Positions 1 to 14,100 of a DNA stretch of 64,000 bases are shown in pieces. Origin of the DNA: Klebsormidium nitens (taxonomy: Eukaryota > Plantae > Klebsormidiophyceae); the NCBI GenBank assembly GCA_000708835.1, contig DF237415.1, positions 11,982 through 75,981 on the forward strand, in the 5' to 3' direction. The translations under genes were made by a program, and so were the position numbers. Below the pieces are notes generated by a model. The model did not search any database. It was not told the origin of the DNA and saw nothing but the letters and a program-made list of their open reading frames with translations. Each line of letters begins with the position of its first letter. Position 1 is the stretch's first letter.

Positions 1-895
1 CCGATCATGTCATCCACGTTTTTAAGCAGCCTGCCCTTACTTCCATACTTGGCAAGCACGCTCTGTAGCTGTGCATTGCGACTTAGCTGTTCAGATGAAA
101 TAGGTATAGTACGCGTTCCATGTTGGACTATCTCACCTGACGACGAGTTAACCAAGCATACACGAACCATGGTTCGTTTCTATTTGCACATTCATCCACA
201 ACATGCACCTTCATTGAACTTTAGAAGGCGACTTTCAGGGTATTTCGACGACTCGGCTCATATCTAGGAGTGCACGTGTTGAGAGGAAAGATCAGCTCGC
301 TCTAGAATCAGTCTACCCACATACACGTTTGTTGACACGGAACGGGTAGGATCATTTAAAGGCAAGCATTGATGATCAACAGGCCGCAAAGGAAGATCTG
401 AGGAAACTCTTTCTTGTATGTAGTCGGGGTAGACATCAAATTCCTCGAAACTCCCGCTTCCCCAAATCAGGACGAATCTTGGGCTAAGTCGTCCCCTCTG
501 CCGGCGATCGTTGCCGGCTGTTCTAGAGGGTCGCTAAACATTTACTGTGCACGTATGCAACACGGATCCCCAAGAGTGCCTGCCCCGTTGGGCGCATCAA
601 CCGTCGCTCGCCGGTTGTGGTCTTCATTGCCCGCTCCTGGTGCCCCCTCGATGCCAAGTCAGCCGGCCTCCTGCACGAACTAACGGGAGGCTCAACGAGA
701 ATGGGCAGCCCGCCGTGCTGGCTGCTGATCGACGCCCCGATCACACGTGCGCGAATCTGTTGCGAATGCGAGTACGACGCCCAGAGTGGTTGCGAGCAGC
801 TACGCTCCAGGCGGACAGATCGGTGACTCCTCCTGATCCGAGCGGCCACCCTCTGCCACCCAGAGTGCGCCCTCACCCGGAGGCACCGTCCGCAC

Positions 896-3800
896 TCAGA
901 TCACCTCCTCGTAGCACCTGAGCGCAGGCACACAGGTCGGGGCACAAGGTATCCCCGGCTTCGCGCTTCCCCAGCTTGCCCCCCTGCCTACTCCGGTTGG
1001 CTGTTGACCCGGTCGCTCTGCTGGGGGTGGCTGGCGAGGGGGGTCCCTCTCACCTGGTGTGGCGGCGTGCCTGCCCCGCCTGGCGGAGTGCCGTTGCCGG
1101 TGCGCTGCCGGTGTGGGCCGCCCTGCTGCCGCTCCGCCTCCAGCCACTGAATGTGCTCCCGCAGCGCGCCCACGTCCTGCACCCGCGCCGCGCGCCCAGG
1201 CCACGTCAGCCACAGCAAGGCGCAGGCGGCCAGGATGCACGGGGTGGTGAGGCGAGAGGGGCCTTTGGCGCAGCGAGGGGGGGCTACCGCCTGCCGGGCT
1301 GCTCACCTCGTCTGCTGCGGCAAGCTGAACCTCTGCGGCCAGGTCGCGGCTGAGGCGGGGGCCGGGCCTGCAAAGGGGCAGCAGCGCGGCGGGGTGAGGA
1401 GGAAGCACGCGCCGCTGGCAGGGGCGGCCCGAGGCGCGCCGGGCAGGGGGCAGGCAGACAGGGGCGACGGGGGGCGGTCGCGCCCAGCCTCGCTGCCGCC
1501 TGAGCCTGCAGCGGAGGGGTGCAGAAGCTGGCGCGGGGCGGGCTCACTGCGGGGAGTGGCCCGGGTGCAGCGCGGCGGCGATGATGGCCTCCTGCTCGCC
1601 AATGATGGCGCGCGCCGCGGCCAGCTGCGCGTCCAGCTCCAGCTCGCGCTCGCTCGCCTCGTCCTCCGCGGCGCAGCTCGCCAGCGCCGCCATACGCTCC
1701 TGCGCCACCAGCGCCGCACGCATCAGGTGTGCAGCACGGCATGGGGGCGGCTGTGAGGACACGGAGCAGAGCGGGTGGCGGGGCAGGCAGGGGGGGACCG
1801 AGCAGGCAGGCGAGCGGGGCAGACCTGGAGAGACGCCATCTTGGCGCGGAGGCTGTGCTCGATGCGGTCGCGCGCGAGGGGATACGGCATGTCGAACACG
1901 TCCTGCACACAGGCACGCCCCGCACGCCTCAGGCTCATTGCCAGGGGCCATCAAGCAGCACCTTGCGAGCATCGCCCGAGCGCTCTCAAGGAGAACGACT
2001 CATGTTTCAACCGGGGACCACTGTGGAAAGTGGACCTTGCAAAGTTTGAGGTTTTGAAGAACACAACTCAGTGATCGTTGCACGCCGAAGCCAGGACTTC
2101 GCACCGAGTCCGACTTTCGCAACGTCATCCCGTTAACAACTCTCTCGTTCAAATGAAGACTCGGGCTCCATGACCCGGCTCAGCCGAGTGTGTCACAGGC
2201 TGCGCTCAAAGGCGCCATGCGGGGCCGCATCGCAGCAGCGGCGCCTCACCAGGCGGCCCTTGAGCGGGGTGTCGCTGGGCGTGGCCGCGCCGGGGCTGCT
2301 GGCGCCGCCCTCGTGGCCGCGCACCAGCCGCTGCATGTCCTCCTGCAGACACCCACGCGATGTGAGAAGGGGCAGCGACTGCGCCGCCCGCTGGTCCAGC
2401 AGGGGGAGGGGGAGGCTGGCGAGTCAGCAGAGGCGAGCGGATGGGGGGGGAGTGGCACACCCGGTGGGTTGCACGTACCTGGAGGGTGCGCAGCGAGTCC
2501 TTGAGCGCGGCGTTCTCCGCGGTGAGCTCCTGCTTCTTGGCCTCGTACGCGTCCACCTGCAAGCAGCACACCGCCACCGCAGCTCACACACACAGCCCTG
2601 CGGGCAGCACGCAGGCGACACAGGGGGCATGCCAACGGCCAGGACAAGAGGGGCAAGTCCACGTGGGGCAGTGCCACAACGGAAGGGGATGGGCGACCCG
2701 GCAGATGTGCACGGGGAAAGGGTCTGGGGCCGGCCCACTGACAATCATCTTGTAGAAGTCGCCGTCGGCCTTCTTGCCGTCCCACGTGCCGCGCTGCCGG
2801 CCGCCCTTCTGCGCAGCGCACAAGGGGCCCAGCGTCAGCACAGCGGGTGGGCCAGCCTGGAGGCCAAGCAGAGCCGCAGGGCCTGCGGAGGGAGGGGGTG
2901 CACGCACAAGACGCGTCCGTGCAGGGGGGCCCCTCACCTGCAGCAGCGTCATAATCTCCATGCCCCCCCCGCCCAGCTTCTCCTTCTTCTCCGCCATCAG
3001 CACGCTCAGCCGCTCCTGAACACACCCAGCCCGGGTCGCACACTCAGACAGCGAACGAGAGGGGGAAGGGCCGCTGTGCGCCTGCCAGCATCTTTGCAGT
3101 CTTTGCGGAAGCCTTCTGGCGATAGTTGTGTAGGATCCGGAGGCGGGGTGCAGGCGCGCTGACCTGGAGGCGAGCGTAGTGGCCCTCCTTCTTGCGCAGC
3201 TCGTGCTGTAGCTGCGCCTGCCGTTGCTGCACACACCAAAGCACACACGACACCGCTCAAGCAGAGCAGCAGCATCAGGCGGAAGATAGCCGTGCCCAGG
3301 CAGCAGCGCGCATGGGGGGAGGCCCTCTGCCCATGGCGGCCAGGGCTGCCCCGAAGGAGCCGTGCCCAGGACCACGGCGACAGCTCTTGGCGCGGCGCCT
3401 CTGCCCGCGCGGTGGTGCGCACCTGGAGGCCGGTGGCGATGCGGTGGAACTCGTCCCGCTCGTCCTTCATCTTGTCCAGTGCCGCCTTGCCCGCCGCCGC
3501 CGCCTTCTGCTCCTGCACACAGTCGCCCTCGCACAGCTTCAGGCAGGGGTTTGTAGTTTGTAGTTTGTAGCGCAGCGCTAAGCCGGAGCAGGGCAGCAGA
3601 GCAAGGGGAGCCCGCAGCTGCAACTCGCTTGGGCTGCGCCTCCCGTTGGCGTACCTTGGTGACCGCAGCGGCCAGGTCGCGCTCCCGCGCCTCCAGCTGG
3701 GCCTGCAACCGCTGCACGCGCGCCTCGCAGCGGCTCAGGTCAGCCGCCAGCCTGCAGCGCACATACACACACCCGCAGTGAGGCAGCATTTGGCCGCGTT

Positions 3801-4949
3801 CCAGCCGCAAACTCTCTTGGCACCCATCAGGAGCACACGAGGCCGCTCAGCAGCGGCGCCCGCTGGCAGCCCTGCCAGAGATGCGCGGCAGGCCAGCCCC
3901 GGCGCCATGCGGTGGACTGAAAGGGGATTTGCGCGCAGGGCTGGGGCCTGGGGGCGCACCTGTGGCGCTGCTCCGCGGCGCTGTCCCGAAAGTCCACGTC
4001 CCGCTGCCGCTGCTGCAGGAGGGAGTACACGCAGTTGCATACCGCCGCTGCGGCGTCCTGCAAACAACAGCAGCAACGACAGGGGGCCACGCTCAGGCAA
4101 GGCAGGGGGGACAAGGTGGGGGGCAGCGACCAGCGGGCAGAGCCAAGGAGGGAGATGGCGCGCAGGCACAGGCACGGGGAGTGACCATGAATTCCTAAGG
4201 GAATCCCACCGGTGTGAGGAGTTGCAGCGGGGCCGGGTGGCGCCTCACCGCATCGTAGGCTTGCAGGGGCAGCGCGGGAAAGCCCGCAGCAGCCAGGCTC
4301 TGGTTGAGGTACCGACAGCAGCTCTCAATGTTGCCGCCGTCCGCAAATTCGTCCTTTCTGCACGCACACAAGGCACAACCATGGAGCTGCACCTTCGGGA
4401 GAGTATGGAAACCTCGGGCTGCCCGGGAGCAAGACAAGGAGGGGGCAAATGCCCGGGGGGCCTCCCTTCAAGACATGAGCTGGTAGGGAGAATGGGGCGC
4501 ACCTAGTGAGGGCCATGATACTGGCTGCTGGATGAGCTTGATCGTCCTGCAAGCAAGGGGACCTCATGTCAAAGAGGCAGGGCCAGGCCGCGGGAGCGTC
4601 TTCTATAGGCAGTGACGTCGGTGACAGATGCAGTGTTCAGGAGGGCACCAACAAAGTGCTTCAGTGATCTGGCAATTGAGATCCTCCAAGCCTCCAGAGT
4701 GCTTGCTCTGCCCAGGCTGGGCTCAGCACTGGCGTCAGCCTGGTGCTGGCAGCGACAGGGGGCGGGCCACGCAGGAGAGCTGCGCCCCCCTCTCCTGGGC
4801 CACATTACGGCAATGCCAGTGCTGGGCAGGCCCGCAGAGGACAGCCCCCCCGGCGTCTGCAAGGAGCCGCCCGTGCTCACCAGGTGGGCCATCATGGCAT
4901 TCTCCGCTGCAGGAAAAAGGGCCTCCTCCGCCAGCGGCCGCAGGGCCAT
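896..4949 (-). CDS. Afadin/alpha-actinin-binding (ADIP/SSX2IP/Msd1-like) coiled-coil protein, multi-exon; 5' end uncertain (ATG at 4949 or 4516)
   Basis: Spliced exons read ..MALT-R-KDEFADGGNIESCCRYLNQSLAAAGFPAL.., AAVCNCVYSLLQQRQRDVDFRDSAAEQRHR, LAADLSRCEARVQRLQAQLEARERD, DKMKDERDEFHR, QLQHELRKKEGHYARLQ, RGTWDGKKADGDFYKMI and VDAYEAKKQELTAENAALKDSLRTLQ. These match plant ADIP-family proteins as I recall them. GT-AG junctions are in phase at 4504/4357. The 3' stop (TGA 896-898) is tentative. Confidence 0.8.
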
Positions 4950-5549
4950 TACACGATCGCGTGTTTGGTCCGCGTGGTCAACATCTAAGCTTCTTGCCTC
5001 AGCGAGCTACTCCACCCAAGGTTGAAACTTGATGGAGAGTCTCCAGGACCAGCGGAATCTGTTCAAAACTTCGTCGTTGGACTCGAAAGAAAGGAGCGGG
5101 CAAGACTTCTACCCGCCTCAGAATCAGATTGCATGGCAGCAACTTGTGAGTTTGAAGACTTCAATTTCAACTCCAACGGAGTCCAAGTTCTCAAGCGAGC
5201 AGTAAATTTGTGCTCGCTTCAACAGTCAACTTGCTTAAATACGGTAGTAGGATTCTGCCTGCCTCGCCGTTTTCCCGGCGTTTGGAGTAGCAGCCACATT
5301 CTACGGTATACACCCTAGTACCTACACCGAAATGTAAACTAGAAACTGGCTCATGCATGCATTCCACTTTTTGCCTAATGCTTGCATAATATATCAAGCA
5401 ATACAGCCAGCACTGATCTGTTGCAGCGTATGGCCGGCAACGTAGAGAGTTTTGGGCGCGCTTCTCCCCCCTCCGTTCTGCACGATCGTGAAATTGAACA
5501 AAGCCAGTGAAATTGTTGAGTTCACCCTCAAGCAGGCTCCGCTGCATCT

Positions 5550-8500
5550 ATGGCGGCGGGCAGCGGCGTCCCTCCTGATAACACTCTGCCGCTGCTGCAG
5601 TTTGTGCCGTGGCAGAGTGCAGTGGATGTGGGCTTCTGGCAGAAGCTGGCTGCGCGCAAGCTGGCGGAGCTGCGCCTGAGCGAGGCCGAGCAGCCGCTGG
5701 CGGGCCACTTCACCGCCAGCACCCACACACAGGTGAGCGCTGCGCCGCCTGCCCCTTAGCTGCGCCGGGCCCGCTGTGCTCCGCAACTGTGCCTTAGTGC
5801 TGTCCAGCGGTGCCCGCCCCGAGTGTGAGCAGCTGACTCATGCCTGTGGTCTGCCCTTCCCCTGCCAGCTGTCCTCCCCCCTCCACGTTGGCCCGGACGC
5901 CTGGGCTGGGGGCGTCAGTGAGGGCGCAGTGCGGGGGGGGCGTGCGGTGGCCCCTGGCTCGTGTGTGTTGACCAACACTCTGGACGGCTTCAAGCAAGCG
6001 GACAAGAAGGCCCTCCTGCAAGCCGCCGCCGCCAAGGTCTGCGCCCCACACCACCACCCTCTGCGGCCCCCCTGCCGTGCATCAGTAGGCTGCTCATCAG
6101 CCATGGTCAGTCAGTACTCTGGCGCTGTGCACCTGGTGCTTCCTCCCTGTTGTGGACTGTGCGGTCCCTCTGCGTGCCCCCTCCTTCTGACGCCCCCCCC
6201 CTGGTGCAGGTATGGGCCGCCATCGTGTCGGGCCAGGCGGAGCGGGACTCGGCCCTGCTCAACCGCTTCTTCCTCCTCACCTTTGCGGACCTCAAGAAAT
6301 GGGACTTTGTCTACTGGTTTGCCTTCCCCGCTCTCGTCCTGCCCCACCCCGCGCGCGCTGCCCCGCTGCAGCCCGCCTCCACAGTGTACCCCCCCCCCTC
6401 GGGGAGGCCATGGCCCGCGCCTGCCTGGCCTGGAAGCAGGCGCCCCCGCCGGCCCCTCCCCCGGATGCAGTGGCCGGCCCTCCGGGTGACGCTGTCAGCG
6501 ACCTGGCTGCGCGCTTGGAGGCCAGCAGCGTGGAGGATCCAGGGGACGTGGCGGCGGCCAGCGTCGGGGGGGGGAGCCCCTTCTTCCTGCTGCACTGTGC
6601 GGAGGGGGAGCAGGTCACCGCCCATTCCCTGGAGCACTGGAGCGCGCTGCAGCAGCAAGCGGGCACAGTGAGCACGCCACACTTCTTCTGTGCCTTGATA
6701 GGGGGTGACCTGCGGTGGGGGTCGCCGCTGTCGTCGGCGCGTGGGCCTGAGGGAGGGCTGCCCCCTGCTTGCTACCCGCACTCTGGCCTGGCTGCCGTGG
6801 TAAAGCCTGTTACCCTGGGCTCTGACCTGGGGTTCCGCTGGAGGAGTATGTGTACACTCTTCTTCCAAACGGCATTGCAGGTCTCTGCTTTCCGCGCTGT
6901 CTGCATTGATAGCTGGCCATGCCTCCCCTGTTCTCCCTCTCCAGCCCGCCCGCCCCTCTCTGCTTCCCCTGACCCTGCGTCGCTCTGCCCCGCTGCCCCG
7001 CAGGTGGTGGCTGTGTATTTGGACCCGTGCCACCTGGCGTCCCACCCGGGGTGGCCCCTGCGCAACCTGCTGGCGCTGGCCGTGGTGCGCTGGCGCGTGC
7101 GCACGTTGCCCGTGCTGGCGCTCAAGGAGACCCGCGGCCGCCCCGACTGGGACCGCTCCCTCGCCACCACCGTGCACCTCCCGGACCTCCCGGGTCAGCC
7201 CCCCCCCGCCCCCCTCCTCCACGGAGCCCCTGCACGTCTTCCTTCTGGTGGCCCTTCACTGCGTGGCTTGGAAGCCCCACGGGGTCCGAGAGACTCGCAG
7301 GTATTCGAAGCCAGTGCGCATTGAAGGTGGTGAGTAGTGGCGCTCTGCGCTTGGCTCCCCCTTCTGACCGCCAAGGTCCGTCTGTGCAGAGTGGCGTGCC
7401 ACGGGCGCTCCCTGCCCTGCAGCAGTGGGGTGGGAGCGGTCAGCAGCGGGCGCCCTGGGTCCGCGCGTGGCGGCGCTGGGCGCGGCGCTGGACCCAGTCC
7501 AGCTGGCGGGCGCGGCGGTGGACCTCAACCTGCAGCTCATGCGCTGGCGGCTGCTGCCCAGCCTGGACCTGCCGCGCCTCACCGCCACGCGCTGCCTCCT
7601 CCTTGGCACAGGCACGCTGGGCTGCGCGGTGGCGCGCACCCTGCTCGCGTGGGGCGTCAGGGACATCACGCTCGTCGACAGGTGAGGCCCTCCCTGCAGC
7701 TGGTTCCAACAGGAGGGCAGGCCAGGCCTGGCCGCTGCATCTTCCCCCCAATCCGAGACCCCGCCGCCTCCGCTGCTCCCCGGAGAGGGTTCGACCATTT
7801 TTCACCAACTTTCTATCCTCTTTCGAAAACACTGAATTCCTTCCGGCGACACGTCATGGTTCTGATATGTGCTATGCCAGTGGTCAATTTACGAACATCA
7901 TAGTTTCTCCGGCATCGAAGATCGGAGCGAAACCATGTCCAGAAGACAAGTTTTACGAGAGATGACGTTGAGTCGCAACCATAAGCATTTCTGCGGCTCA
8001 GACTGATTTTCCCGAATTTCGGTCGGAGTCTATGACGGCAAAGTGTCAAGTGTGTTCCTATCCGTACGTACCACGTAATCGCATGTGGTGTATGCCGTAT
8101 ATGGTGGTGCTTTTGCCGCCTCTAAGGGGCCTCCGAGTAATGGAAACTTAGTCTCAACACTGAAACGTCAGCAAACGTCATCTTGGGTACAACTCACAAC
8201 GAAGCAAAACACGGTTAGTTTAATGCGAACCCTTCCCTGGTCTGACTGACTGTCGCTTCCTGTTCGTCTCGTCGGCCGCAGCGGCGTGGTGTCCTTTTCC
8301 AACCCAGTGCGGCAGTCTCTGTTCACGCACGCCGACTGCCTGGCCGGGGGCCGCCCCAAGGCGGAGGCTGCGGCGGCCGCTCTGCGCGCCATCTTCCCGG
8401 GGGCGCAGGCCAGCGGGGTGCGGCTGAGCATCCCCATGCCGGGCCACGCGGTGGGCGCACGCGAGGCGCCCGCCGTGCTGGCGGCGTGCGCGCAGCTGGA

Positions 8501-9741
8501 GCAGCTCATACAAACGAGCGACGCGGTGTTCCTGCTCACCGACACGCGCGAGTCGCGCTGGCTGCCCACGCTCCTGGCCGCCGCCCACAACAAGGTGCAA
8601 TTGTGACGCCGATACCCCCTGCTTCCGCAATCATGCAGGATTGTCCAGTTTTCAGGGCTCCCGGGTTGTTGGCAACCACTTGAGGGCGCGCTGCCTGCCG
8701 CCTGACGGTGGCCGCCCCGCGCTGCAGCTGGCCATCAACGCTGCGCTCGGCTTCGACACCTTCCTCGTCATGCGCCACGGGGCAGGCCCCCTGGCTGCCC
8801 CCCCGCCGGCTCCCTCTGCGGACGCGCCTGCCGCGGCTGGGGCGGCGGCTCCGCCCCTGCGCCTGGGCTGCTACTTCTGCAACGACGTCGTGGCGCCCCT
8901 CGACTCCACGGCCGGCAGGACACTCGACCAGCAGTGCACGGTGAGCAGCCGCCAAGCCACGCCCGCTGGGCCCCGCCCGCCGGCCGGCACGCGCAGGGAC
9001 AACAATAATGGGCGGGAACATGGTTCCATGCGGCACCGCTCGTGCTGACGGCTGGTGTGCTGTCCGCAGGTGACGCGGCCCGGGCTGGCCCCCATGGCTG
9101 CGGCGCTCGCGGTGGAGCTGCTGGTGGCCCTGCGCCACCACCCCGCCGGCCTGCACGCCCCCGCTGACAGCACGCCCCCGGGGGCCGCCTTCCCGGCCGG
9201 GGCTACGGCGCAGCCCCTCGGCCTCGTGCCGCACCAGGTGCGCCTCGCCGTGTTCCGCCATCCGGCATTCTGGCATGCATGCGGCCTCCCGGCCTGCCTC
9301 GTGTGCGCGGCCTGCCAGCGCGGATGACCGCAGCTGAGCCGGGCGGCCGCGGCGTGCAGGTGCGCGGCTTCCTGGCCTTCTTCTCGCAGCTGCTGGTGAC
9401 GGGCCACGCCTTCGACAAGTGCACCGCCTGCTCCGCGGCCGTCGTGCGCGAGTACCACCACCGCGGGCCCGACTTCCTGCTCCAGGTCAGCCCGCCCCGC
9501 GCCCCCTCCGCCCCACACAGCACCGTCAGATGAGGCACCCCCCACTGCCTCGCCCGGACGGACTGCTGTGACCGGCGCCACGGTGCGTTGCCTGACCCCG
9601 CGCCCGGCGATGCAGGCGTTCAACACGCCGACGTTCCTGGAGGACCTGACGGGCCTCACCGCGCTGCGGGCCGCCACAGACGAGCTGCTCGCGGAGTGGG
9701 AGGCAGGCGACGACTCCGCAGCCGACGCCGACGACTTCTAG
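5550..9741 (+). CDS. ATG7: Autophagy E1-like enzyme ATG7, multi-exon
   Basis: N-terminal [18 protein letters not shown]; [23 protein letters not shown]; [10 protein letters not shown]; [14 protein letters not shown]; ThiF glycine motif [10 protein letters not shown] (~7600-7625); [12 protein letters not shown]; [17 protein letters not shown]; [13 protein letters not shown]; active-site RTLDQQC (Cys codon 8935-8937) TVTRPG. TAG at 9739-9741. Confidence 0.97.
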
Positions 9742-11128
9742 GGGGCCCCCTTTGCGCAAACGGCACCGCAGAGCGGCTGGAGCGGCTCCGCAGCATCCGG
9801 CTCGGCCGACCCGGGCTTTGGCCCTCAGTGAACTTGGTGCAAAGCGTTCGTTCTGAATGAGGAGATTCCTCATCGTTCGCCATGGGTACTTGCTCGGCGC
9901 AATTATCATCTGCGAACGTCTTCTGCTCTCAATGATGCCCGCGATCCAGCGGGTTGTGCAGGCTTGCCTCCCTTGCGTCATGGACGACGTCGACCCACCC
10001 CCGACTGCCCTGGAAGGGTGCAGCGCACCCGGCTGCCTAGTCAGCGGGCCGGGACAAGAAGCTTCACTCCTGGGCGGATACCAAGGAACGCGAAAGGAAT
10101 CTCGCCGATCATTGACCCTGCATGATGCTCGTCATGCAGCCGCGCTGTGCTTGCATGAACGAAAGCAATATTGTATCAACGGGGTGACGAATGCTTGGCT
10201 TGAAATTTGCTTCCGAGCAGGCCGTAGAGCCATGCTGTCTACGCGGACGGAAGTGATGGCAATCTGAAAAGACAAACGTTCGCAGCGAGCCCCTTACCAA
10301 TCTATATACCCGGCCCGTTAGGCCCAGCAGCCGCAACCTCAACTCAACAAAACATCAGAGCACTGTGTACATTAACACTCTTTACAGAATGAAAGGTGGT
10401 CACCCGTGTCTGCTTCTACATACTTTATACGGAATTTATGGCAATGACATATGTTGCAAGTAAGGTTCAAGTCTCTTTCTAAGGTTTCTCTTTGCGACAC
10501 CGCGCATTGACTGAAGTCAGATGTGCGAACAAGCCTCTACATTCCGGATGCTGCTGATCGAGTGGGCATGTGGCCTGGCTAATTCATGTATGACGGTCTA
10601 TACGCCTCCTGATCTGCTTTAGCTGCATGCATGACAGATTACGCGGCACGGGCTGATCGGCTGTACACGTATACCGGCGTCTAAGTTAAAATGATACATG
10701 AAACAGATTGGTGGCCGAACGTGACTATATTAGTCACTGCTCATGTGCATGCATGCCAGCACATGTGTGCGCTTTTTGTATGAACCATCCAAGCGGTCGG
10801 ATCGTCAGTCGGACGTCAGGTCCAACTTGAGCGAGCGGCGTCGGGGACTATCTCGCCGCAATCACTGAGAAATGGTGTTGGCAACCTTCAATTTTCAAAA
10901 TAGCTAGTCAGCGCGCTCACTTGTGCGTACCTTCTAAAAATTGTCTAAGGAGAATCGATTCGATTCGTTGTGTCTCGGCCTTTCAATGGTCCATTTTTGT
11001 GGCCAGAACTGTTCGGTCGCGTGCCGAAGGTCCGGCTTCATATTCGCGCCTGCAGTACTGTTCCTAGCAAGAGCAACCTTCTCTGCCTAGTGCTGGCCGC
11101 CAGAGGCATGCGGTCGGCCCCCTGCAGC

Positions 11129-14100
11129 TCATTCAATGTACATGCCAAACCCAAGGTTCTTCGGCGGTCGCTCAATCATCCAGGGGGATCTGCACAACGA
11201 CAGCCCCGCCATTACCCAGCCGCGGCAAACCGCACTCCCCCTTCAAGCGCATCCAAGGCCGCCACGAGCGCAAGTCAGGCTGCCTGCTCACCAGCTTTGC
11301 GGCTGGTGAGCAGGCAGCCTCGCCGTGCAAACCGACCGGTATGCGCTACACGGGCGGCAGCGGAGCCCCGGAGCCACACTGCCGTCATTGGGACTGCTGC
11401 GGCAGATGGCTTCAGGATGCGCATCGGGCAGGAGCTGCAGGCAGGGCGCGAGCCAGTGGGCAAGGGGGGGGCTCACTTGTTGGTGACATACTGGATGCAG
11501 CCCTCCGCGGCGCGCTCCAGCAGCCGCGCCCGCGCCGCTTCGGCCACGCCTCCCTCCTGCAAGCCGGAAAATCTGTCAGCTTCAGCGGGACGCATGCGGG
11601 CAGGGCACGTGGGCACACCCCAGGCCAGCAGGCTGCGCGCAGGCGGCGGGGCGGGAGCGGCGGCGGCGGCGCTCACCTCTTCCGGGTACCACACGCCGGG
11701 CTGCGTGGCGCCCTCCAAGACGGCCTGCGCAAACGCGGCGGTGGCAGTGCCCACGCACCTGCACCACCCAGGCGCCGCAGTCAGTGGGCGCAGCAGCCGG
11801 GGACAGCGCACAGCGAGCGCACCCTACTGCGTCCATGGCCACGACCCAGCGTGTGCCATGGGCGAAGGGAGGGGCTCACTCGGAGAGGCGTTTGTGGGAG
11901 TAGAGGGAGGCGGCGCGCACGCCGTCGGAGCAGTCGAGGTCGACGCGCATGGCGCACGCCTCGCCCACACGGCCGTCCACTAAGCGCACCAGCGGCTCGC
12001 TCAACGAGGCCAGGCCCGCCACACGGCGGCGGTCGTTCAGAAAACTCTGCACAGCCACAGCCAGCGACGCGCGCACTCTTCAGCCGGAGCCACGTGCAGA
12101 CCGGGGCGTCGTGGGTGGGACGGCCCCCTCCCGCACGGACATGACCACGAGATGTACAGTGCAGATTCGCAATGCCTCCCCGCCCGGACACGCCATCTCA
12201 ACTTACAGCCCGCCAGCCAGCAGGAGCAAGCATGGCAGGTCGTGCACCGGCGCAGCGGGAGGGACCATGACCACAGACGAGGGGCCCACACTGGGGCGGG
12301 CAGGCCAGGGGAGGCCTGCTCCCGACACTCCGCCGACCCGTCAAGCCAAGGCCGGAAAGTTGCGATAAGGACGAAGGCTCCGCTGTGCTCGTGTGCCTTT
12401 CTTAAATAATTAGGGTGGGTGGGTGGGCAGGATTGCGGGTGGGTGGGAGGGGGCGGCAGCGCGCACCCGCGGCAGGAGGCCAACAAGCTGCATGGCGGTG
12501 TTCCAGAAGAAGGGCGCCGTGCCAAAGCGCGCGCTGACGGAGGGCACGCCCAGGCTGCGGTGCACCGACTCCACCTCGGGCAGCTGCCTGCACGCACGCG
12601 CGCGCCGCGAGGCAACGCACGCGTCAGGCAGCACACACACAGGCTCACAGCAACGGGATCCATCAGGGCAGGCAGCCCCATCCGCAAGCAAGGACATGTG
12701 ACGTGCTGCATCAAAGCAGGCAACCTCTTTCCATGACCAGATCTGTACACTATGGTAGCGCATTGGATCACGGTGACATCGTGCGGCAAAGCCACCCCCG
12801 CCAAATATGCTTGGCAGAAAGGGGAGGGCAACCGCAAGGAGGGGCAGAGGTTGCGCACTGGAATGTGCACCCTTTGGTGGAAGGTGGGGTCAAGAAGAGG
12901 GGAGGGCGGCAGGGCTCACAGCAGGTAGACGGCGCGCTTGCCGATGCCCTTGCCAAAGTCGACGGTGGTACCGCCGCTGTACGGCTTAAGGCGCACGGGC
13001 TCGCCTGCACAGGGACACAGGAGAGCGAGGGGAAGAGGGGGCGCCAGCAAACGAGTCGAAGAAAAGCTACATGAGCCTTACATCCGGTACTAGGGGCGGG
13101 GCCAGCCAGAAAATCATCAATCCATGCGAGACAAAATTAGAGTGAGTCACCCCCAGGCAGCCCGGCTGGCCACAGCGCAGTATCTGCAGCCTGAGTCAGC
13201 ATGTTGGGACAAGATGGCAGACTCGCTGCCCTCTGGCAGCGGTGTGCGGCGCACCTTTGCGGTAGGCCACCACGTCCTCGCCCATGAGCAGGAATGACGT
13301 CTGAAGGATGACCGGGCCAGCGCCGCCGCTGCCCGCAGTGAAGTAGGAAAACCTGCGGGGGCACGGGCAAAGCCATGAGCGGGGCAGCGGTGGGGCCAGC
13401 ACAACTGGGGAACAGACATGCCCACCAAGATGACCTCCAGCCTGCATCCATTGGGCATTATAAGGACATCAACAAGAGCAGGCATGGCCGCCCCCTCCCC
13501 AGGGCCCCTGTCATCCCGAGCTTGCCTGATCCGTTCGGGCGTGCGCTCCCCCCCAGCATCGCCTTTGGCAGTGCCCCTCCCCGCCTCGCGCACCAACTCC
13601 GCCGCCATCACTGCACCGCGCCCCGCCCACGCTCAGGCAGGCAGGCAGGCAGGCAAGCAGCAGGGGGGCCGCACAGGCAGGCGAGACAGCAATCAGGGGG
13701 CCAGTAAGGGAAGGGGAACCGGTGGCAGCAGGCCCGCGCAGAGGGGGCCACTACGAGGGTGATCCCCCGCAGGGCGGAGCAGTGTGCGGGGGGGCCAGCT
13801 GCGGTCTCACAGTTGCTGACCCCGGGGTAGATGCCCCCCGTGGTGATGGCCGCCACGCCCGCCTGGCGCGCAGCGTCGTGGTAGCCCTTGGCGCGCAGCG
13901 CATACGAGCAGTCGTCGCACACGTCCACGTACGCAGTCTGGAGCACAGACAGCGCACAGCGGAGGTCAGCGCAGGGAATGGCCAAGTTGGGGCAGGCGGG
14001 CGGCAAGAAAGGGAGGCAGGGACAGGGGGGGACGGGATAAGAGAGGGAGGGGCGGCGGGTGCGGCGGTGTACCTTGGTCTCAATGCAGGCCTCCAGGACA

